The notes under the pieces were generated by a model. It worked only from the letters and a program-made list of their open reading frames with translations, ran no database searches and was not told the origin of the DNA. A stretch of DNA of 64,000 bases from Eledone cirrhosa (Eukaryota), in assembly GCA_964016885.1 (NCBI GenBank), contig OZ024741.1, positions 121,954,001-122,018,000 on the forward strand, read 5' to 3'. Shown here piece after piece: positions 57,650 to 64,000 of this stretch (its first letter is position 1; the number at the start of each line of letters is the position of its first letter). A program made the translations under genes and the position numbers.

Positions 57650-58500
57650 ATAATTGCCACCCTCAACATACCAAAATGGCAATTCATTATAACCTAGCCA
57701 GAATGATCTGCACAATAGTTTCAGATAAATACACATGCTACACACGACTAGAAGAATTAAAAAACACACTTATCAGCAGAAACTACCCACTATCCCTAAT
57801 AAACAATGGATTCCAACGTGCCCTAAAACTCGACATCCAGGAACTCAGACACCCCAAACCCAGGAATGAACTGCAGCAGAAAACTCTACCATACATCTCC
57901 ACACACAACCCCTTCAACAATGAGGCATTCGACACCATCCTCAAGAACATTCCTTTACTAAAAAGAGACCCAAGAATGAACAAAATCCTCCAAACACACA
58001 ACATCATAAAGAGCAAAAGACAACCTAAATCCATAAAAAACATCCTCACACAAGCCAAAATCCAACCAACCCTCACAATGAACCCTACAGTAACAAAATG
58101 CGGAAGGCCCAACTGTGGCATATGCACAAATCTAATAGAAGGTTCAACATTCCATTTTAAACAAGGACAACATTTCACAGTTAAATACAACTTTACATGT
58201 GCATCTGAAAACCTAATCTATGTTTTGACCTGCTCAGGTTGTCAAGAGCACTACATAGGACAGACAAAAAACAGCCTCCGACAACTTATGACCCTCCATA
58301 GATCACAAATCAAAATACAGGAATACAGAAAGATTGACTTTCAGTGAACATATCGCCAATTGTGCACCCAACCAACATCCAAACTTTAAAATTTTCCCCA
58401 TTTTCAAATTCATAGACAACGCTTCTTTCATCCATCGTACCTATAAGGAAAGGTATTTCATTAATAAATTTCAACCTCTACTCAATGCACTAAACATCGG
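57650..58500 (+). pseudogene. Neptune-type PLE fragment: RT thumb, Cys-rich linker and GIY-YIG (frameshift near 58335)
   Basis: IHYNLARMICTI, RNYP, KCGRPNCGIC, FTCASENLIYVLTCSGCQEHYIGQT. Confidence 0.85.
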
Positions 58501-59112
58501 ACTAAACTAAAACTGGAACGAACAATGAACCAAATACAAATACTTATGTCTTTCTAAAGAGTTACCTCCCTCACACCCTACCTAATCCTTTTTATTAAAT
58601 AAATTAAATACAATCCATCATTTCTCTCCCACCATGAATTACCACCCCAGACTACCATTTTCCTCCATCATGGATCAACTAAGCACCCTTGCTATATTAA
58701 CACATTTTGATCTGCTTATCTTCAAGAACTATGTCTGTAAATAATATTTTTTCTTTCACATTGCCTTATTATGCTCCACATTACGCCCCTTTTTTTCTTT
58801 TTTCTTTTCACTTCATAAACCTTGTTTGTAAATAACATTATTCTTTCTGCACCATTTCCTTAACTTGTTTTACACCAATACATATTATCATTTGATAATG
58901 CATAAACATTCTGAAAAGGGTAATAGACAATTATTAAATATATAAATAAATAAATAAATGCCATTGTTAATTAATAAATAAATCAACTAATATCTTAACA
59001 CTTCACACAAAGTAAAATATTTCGTTTTAATCATTTTCTAACCCAGAAAAAAGAGAAAAATAAAAAGGAAAAAAAAAAAATTTCTTCCTAATAATCGTCT
59101 TTTTCTCCCTGT

Positions 59113-59205
<93 letters not shown>

Positions 59206-59274
59206 GATATATATAACTTGATATTTGTGTAATTTATATATATATATATATATAGTATTAGTTATACTATTTAT

Positions 59275-59337
59275 GGTTTGGAGGAAACAGCTGTAAGCAC
59301 AATAATGTTTTGAACAGTTCTTTGATTCTTATATTTC

Positions 59338-59347
<10 letters not shown>
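59275..59347 (+). mobile_element. Short 3'-end copy of the PLE family at 3947-6480
   Basis: ggtttggaggaaacagctgtaagcacaataatgttttgaacagttctttgattcttatatttcata matches the reverse complement of ~3958-4026. Confidence 0.85.
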
Positions 59348-59368
<21 letters not shown>

Positions 59369-59460
59369 GTGCATGTGTATCTATTTCCCTCCTATATCAC
59401 TTTCTCTCTCTCTCTATGCACACATATGTATATATATGCATTTGTGTGTGTGTAGATACA

Positions 59461-59498
<38 letters not shown>

Positions 59499-59503
<5 letters not shown>

Positions 59504-60842
59504 CTTCGCCGAAACACTCGTGCCCATCACCGACCAGGAAAGAAAAATCATCCTCCACGCCAGGAAGACAGTCTTACTCTTTGACGACTCTAAATGGATA
59601 AAAAGAGCTCCCGACTCACCCTTCGACGTCAGCATGGGCGCCACGGATTCGGCGGAGGTCACTGATCTTATAGGATTATTCCTAATAGCCAAACTCACTG
59701 ATATGTTTCCTGCATTCGGTGGTGGATTGTACCGTGATGATGGGCTCCTTACCCTTAAAGGGTACAACCCCAGTAGTACAGATCGGGTCCGGAAACAATT
59801 AATCAGATTCTTCCGCGACTGGGGATTTAAAATAACCCTACAAACGTCCCTGACCCGAGTAAACTTCCTGGACGTAACCCTCGACCTCGAAAACGACCTG
59901 TACTACCCATACAGGAAACCTAATGACAATCTGCACTACATCCACCGCCGATCAAACCATCCTAGGAACATCACAAACAACCTGGTCAAAAACATCTCCC
60001 TCCGCATATCCCGTTTGTCAGCTAATGAGCGGATATTCGATGAACATGCGCCTTATTACAACCAGGCCCTCAAGCGGAGTGGTTTCCGGGAGGAAATATC
60101 CTACTGTCCAGATCCCATTAGCGGAACCAGCAGGAGACACCGCCGCTCACGCAATGTAACATGGTTCAATCCTCCCCACAACGCAGAGGTGACTACTCCC
60201 ATCGGGAAACTATTCTTTAGGCTCATTGAAAAACACTTCCCATTACAACACCGCTACCACAACATAATTAACAAAAATACCATCAAACTCTCTTACAGCA
60301 CTACACCAAACTTCGCACAAAACATCGTCTCCTCTAACAACAAAAAACTCAACCCCGATGGCAGAAATAACCTAAATAGCAGTGGAGAACCGACCAGGAG
60401 GTGTAACTGCCCGGATAGATCTATTTGCCCACTCGACAATAGATGCAGAGACCGTAATGTGATCTACCAGTGCAACGTGAGGACGGATACCTCCAACAAA
60501 GCCTATATAGGACTTACCGCATGTGACTTCAAGACCCGGCTATACCAACATAGACATACCTTCCGAAACCCGGCCCGGCGTCACGCCACTACACTTTCGG
60601 GCCACATATGGGACCTCAAGGACAACAACATCACCTATGATCTCACTTGGAGATTACTGTCCAGAGCCAATTCTTACACGGGAGGACGCCGTCCGTGCAA
60701 TTTATGCTCGGAGGAAACTTTACAAATGCTGTTTTCGACGGACCAACTCCTAAACAAGAAAGATGAACTGGTTACTGCATGTAAACATAGATTGCGTAGG
60801 ACTTACCTCGCCCTCAAACCCCATAATGACCCGGGGGGGTAG
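59499..60842 (+). CDS. PLE reverse transcriptase / GIY-YIG endonuclease ORF (lacks N-terminus)
   Basis: FDVSMGATDSAE, GLYRDDGL, NFLDVTLDL, YRKP, SNHP, WFNPP, CNC..CPL..C, VIYQC...YIGLT, CNLC. The first ~63 aa of the ORF-track entry are microsatellite read-through. Confidence 0.9.
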
Positions 60843-61940
60843 ACTAGGGCTTTAACACCCCAGTTGCCGATTTTGCAATGGGTAACCCCTGCTTGCCAAG
60901 GAAGACGTAAGATCTTCTTTGTATTCTTTTATCGCATCCTTTATTTCCTTCCCCCCTCTCTCCTTTGTCCTTCTACCCCAGCTCTTCTCCTTTGTCGGCG
61001 TCTTTTCTCGCCCACCCGAGGCTGCCCTTTGGCCCCATGTAGCCTTAGTACCCCCACTCCCCCCTCCCCTAGTCTTTGATAGATTTGGCGGACTCCGCCC
61101 TTTATAGCAGTTGGCTTAGACCCCGGATACTTGCCCCCCTTTTCCGACCGCTCCCACTATTCTCTGTGCCCTCTTTATTTCTTAGTGGCACTTATGCCTT
61201 ATTTTTTCGTTTCAGTATTTCTTGCTTCGCTTTTCTTCTGGGCGGGGTGGATTCTGAACTTATTTCTCCGTATTCTACCTTTATTTCGTACGAACTTTCA
61301 TGTAGCTTGTTTTAGATCTTTTAGAGTTAGCATTAGTATATATTTTTCCCGGGACTCAGAATTATTATGTCGTACAAGTTCACTTTGCTGCACTGGGTCG
61401 TTGCTGGCCCGGGATGGAAACCTTTATTGTTTATTTCGTGGTAGTCTCTTTAGTATTTTGGCCCCTTTTGTTGACCAGTCACCGTATCATTTACGTACTT
61501 ATACCTCTTAAAAGGGTCCTTGCTTAATTCGTCCCACCTAGTTCTTTTACTTATTTCCTTATTTATTTATTTATTTATTTATTTACTTCTTTCTTTCTTT
61601 CTTTATTTTATTCTCGCCTAACAATAGCCTGACACCTAGGTCGTAGAATTTAATTTTTTCTTTACACTTTTTTGCTTTTCTTCACTCTCAGTATTTTTTC
61701 TTTCCTATTTTTACCCCCCATTGTTCTACCTACCGTTCCGACTTCCTCCCCCTCCCCCTCCCCTGTATCTTCTTTGACCTCATGCCCAGCTGTAGCTGGC
61801 ACTACCAACGCTTGATTGGGTCTACTCCACCCCCTCCCCTCTTTCTCCTACTGGCAGGTTTAGCCACCATCTCCCCTACTAATTTGCAACCACAGAATTA
61901 CTACTGATTTTTGACAATCACTTTGACCATATATGGAATT

Positions 61941-62034
61941 ACCCCTTGAGAAGATCGGCTATTTAAATACCAGGATAAATGTTCATTTAGTCCAGAATTA
62001 GCCGTCGAAACGGCTTGAGCTCAGCTGTCGGGGT
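61941..62034 (+). ncRNA. Type I hammerhead (U3-A8 core)
   Basis: acccc UUGAGAA gaucggcua...uagccguc GAAA cggcuugagcucagcug UC ggggu; predicted cleavage after 62029. Confidence 0.75.
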
Positions 62035-62044
62035 CTTACTGGTT

Positions 62045-62078
<34 letters not shown>

Positions 62079-62081
<3 letters not shown>

Positions 62082-62297
62082 AAGAGATGTCAACATGAAT
62101 GGACCTATTATTTATATCTAAAGACATGTTTTCCAATTCCACCCCAACCGCCCCTTCAATCTATCTTATTTCTCATTCTTTCTTCTGATGAAGGACTAAC
62201 ATCCGAAACGTTAAGACCCTCTTCCTGCTATTTCAAGCGTTAACCTAATATATTTCTTCCATATACTGTACCGATTGAGTTGTTAGTTCTGTTTACC

Positions 62298-62300
<3 letters not shown>
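62079..62300 (+). mobile_element. PLE pseudo-LTR with minimal dimer-type hammerhead (62181-62216), ending in (CA)n
   Basis: ucuu CUGAUGA a gga cuaaca ucc GAAA cg UU aaga; palindromic ACGU stem III. Confidence 0.75.
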
Positions 62301-62340
<40 letters not shown>

Positions 62341-62342
62341 TA

Positions 62343-62415
<73 letters not shown>

Positions 62416-62555
62416 TCATATATATATATACATTCATATATATATATATTCACATGTTATCCTAAATTGAGCTAAATCCACACTGTCATACCAAGGGCAA
62501 TATATCTGCGTGTCTGGGCACATTGATATAGTTGTCAACGAAACTATATACATTC

Positions 62556-62609
<54 letters not shown>

Positions 62610-62935
62610 TTCATTCAATTATATTTTTATTTGTCTGACCCGAATTTTCTTGGTCGTTTTTTCGGCTTTGCGAATGATTTTAAGCATTGTCTCTGTGTGT
62701 TGGTAATTAAACGTTAGTTATAGCTCTGTTTTATCCAAACTATTGAGCACTTTGCCACGCATTTCGAAGATTGTGTTTCGTTATTTCGTGGGCCGAGATT
62801 CCGATTCTCGATAATTTATTTTTATTTTTATATATATATACAAATAAAATATAGAGTTATTAACTCTTTTAGATACCCTGCAATTAACAACCTCAAAGTA
62901 TAAATACTGAGCATTATCATATTAATATTAATGAA

Positions 62936-63122
62936 AGGCGGTGGATTGGCAGTACGGTAGAGGGTCGGACGCCATGCTTTCCAGCATAGTTACGTCCCTT
63001 TACGATCTGAGTTCAAATCCCGCCGAGGTTGACTTTGCCTTTCATCCTTACTGGGTCGATAAAATAAAGTACCAGTAATGCACTGGGTAATTGCTGGCCT
63101 TGTGCCAAAAGTAGAAACAATT
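62936..63122 (+). mobile_element. SINE family 1, full-length
   Basis: Near-consensus head, body and 3' end. Confidence 0.9.
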
Positions 63123-63338
63123 ATAATATTAATATGTGTAGAAGTAAACACAGTAAACCCATGTCTAAAATTACGAGGGTAGATTAAACCACAAATGTTA
63201 TATATCATTCAACCTGAATCATATGAGAAGTTACAAGATTTCTTACAAGATTTTTCATACATACCATATCAATAACCATTTCATCTCCCGGACCGACTAA
63301 AGATTGAATCTGTTTCGCCCTGAATGAATCGTGTTTGT

Positions 63339-63378
<40 letters not shown>

Positions 63379-63545
63379 CATACATATATATATATATATA
63401 TTTATGTGAGTGTGTGTATGTATATACATACGAGGGCTGATAACTGTGTTATGAGTAAATTTCTGGATATTCCTTGCCAGGTATCTATTCAGTAAATAAA
63501 GGTTTACTAAAACCAGTAGACAACATCGGTAGATAGACAGATATT

Positions 63546-63735
63546 AGGGTGGTGAATTGGCAGTATCGGTAGAGGGTCGGACATGTTTTCTAGCATAGAG
63601 TTACGTCCTTTTACGATCTGAGTTCAAATCCCACCGAGGTTAACTGTGCCTTTCATCCATACAGGGTCGATAAAATAAAGTACCAGTAATGTATTGGGTA
63701 ATTGCTGGCCTTGTGCCAAAAGTAGAAACAATTAT
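63546..63735 (+). mobile_element. SINE family 1, full-length
   Basis: Near-consensus head, body and 3' end. Confidence 0.9.
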
Positions 63736-63948
63736 TGTATGTATGAATGTATGTATGTAAGCATGTATGTGTATGTGTATCTATATATTTCCCTCCTCTA
63801 TCACTTTCTCTCTCTTTATGCACACACATTTATATATGCATATATATGTATTTGTATATATATATATATATATAAAGATTTACATATACACAAACTAGAG
63901 GAAATGGTGTATATATATTATCAAATGATTCTATGGACATACTTTATA

Positions 63949-63979
<31 letters not shown>

Positions 63980-64000
63980 CATATATATATGTGTATACAT

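Larger units (their letters stand above)
59499..62048 (+). mobile_element. 5'-truncated Penelope-like element: RT C-terminal half, GIY-YIG, ~1.2-kb 3' UTR and terminal hammerhead, inserted in (TA)n
   Basis: Both ends join TA tracts; open ORF; HHR at 61941-62034. Confidence 0.9.

Noticed and set aside
59310-59498. N-terminus of ORF 59310..60842
   Set aside because: Microsatellite read-through upstream of the 5' truncation point.

Overview
AT-rich, microsatellite-saturated eukaryotic DNA. It is most likely a cephalopod (Octopus-like) intronic/intergenic region, inferred from the SINE types and the (TA)n/(CA)n density. Almost all ORF-track entries are microsatellite artefacts. Supported content: (1) several 5'-truncated Penelope-like retroelements (PLEs; RT and/or C-terminal GIY-YIG) inserted in (TA)n/(CA)n tracts; (2) remnants of CR1/L2-type, RTE, Tx1-like and CRE-like LINEs; (3) about 25 copies of a tRNA-derived SINE plus a second SINE family; (4) one probable host exon (13968-14063). 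The main hidden signal is a dense set of about 15 hammerhead-ribozyme (HHR) motifs, found by eye, in PLE 3' ends and small non-coding elements. Several have non-canonical cores (compensatory U3-A8; U4C). One lies in a 320-nt, circularly permuted, non-coding unit that looks like a retrozyme (38652-39355). At least six unrelated families show the same head-to-head 'short end / long tail' inverted architecture inside microsatellites. A 2.7-kb-arm palindrome built on a PLE has apparently copied neighbouring DNA. All structure calls are manual base-pairing, with no folding program or database search run.
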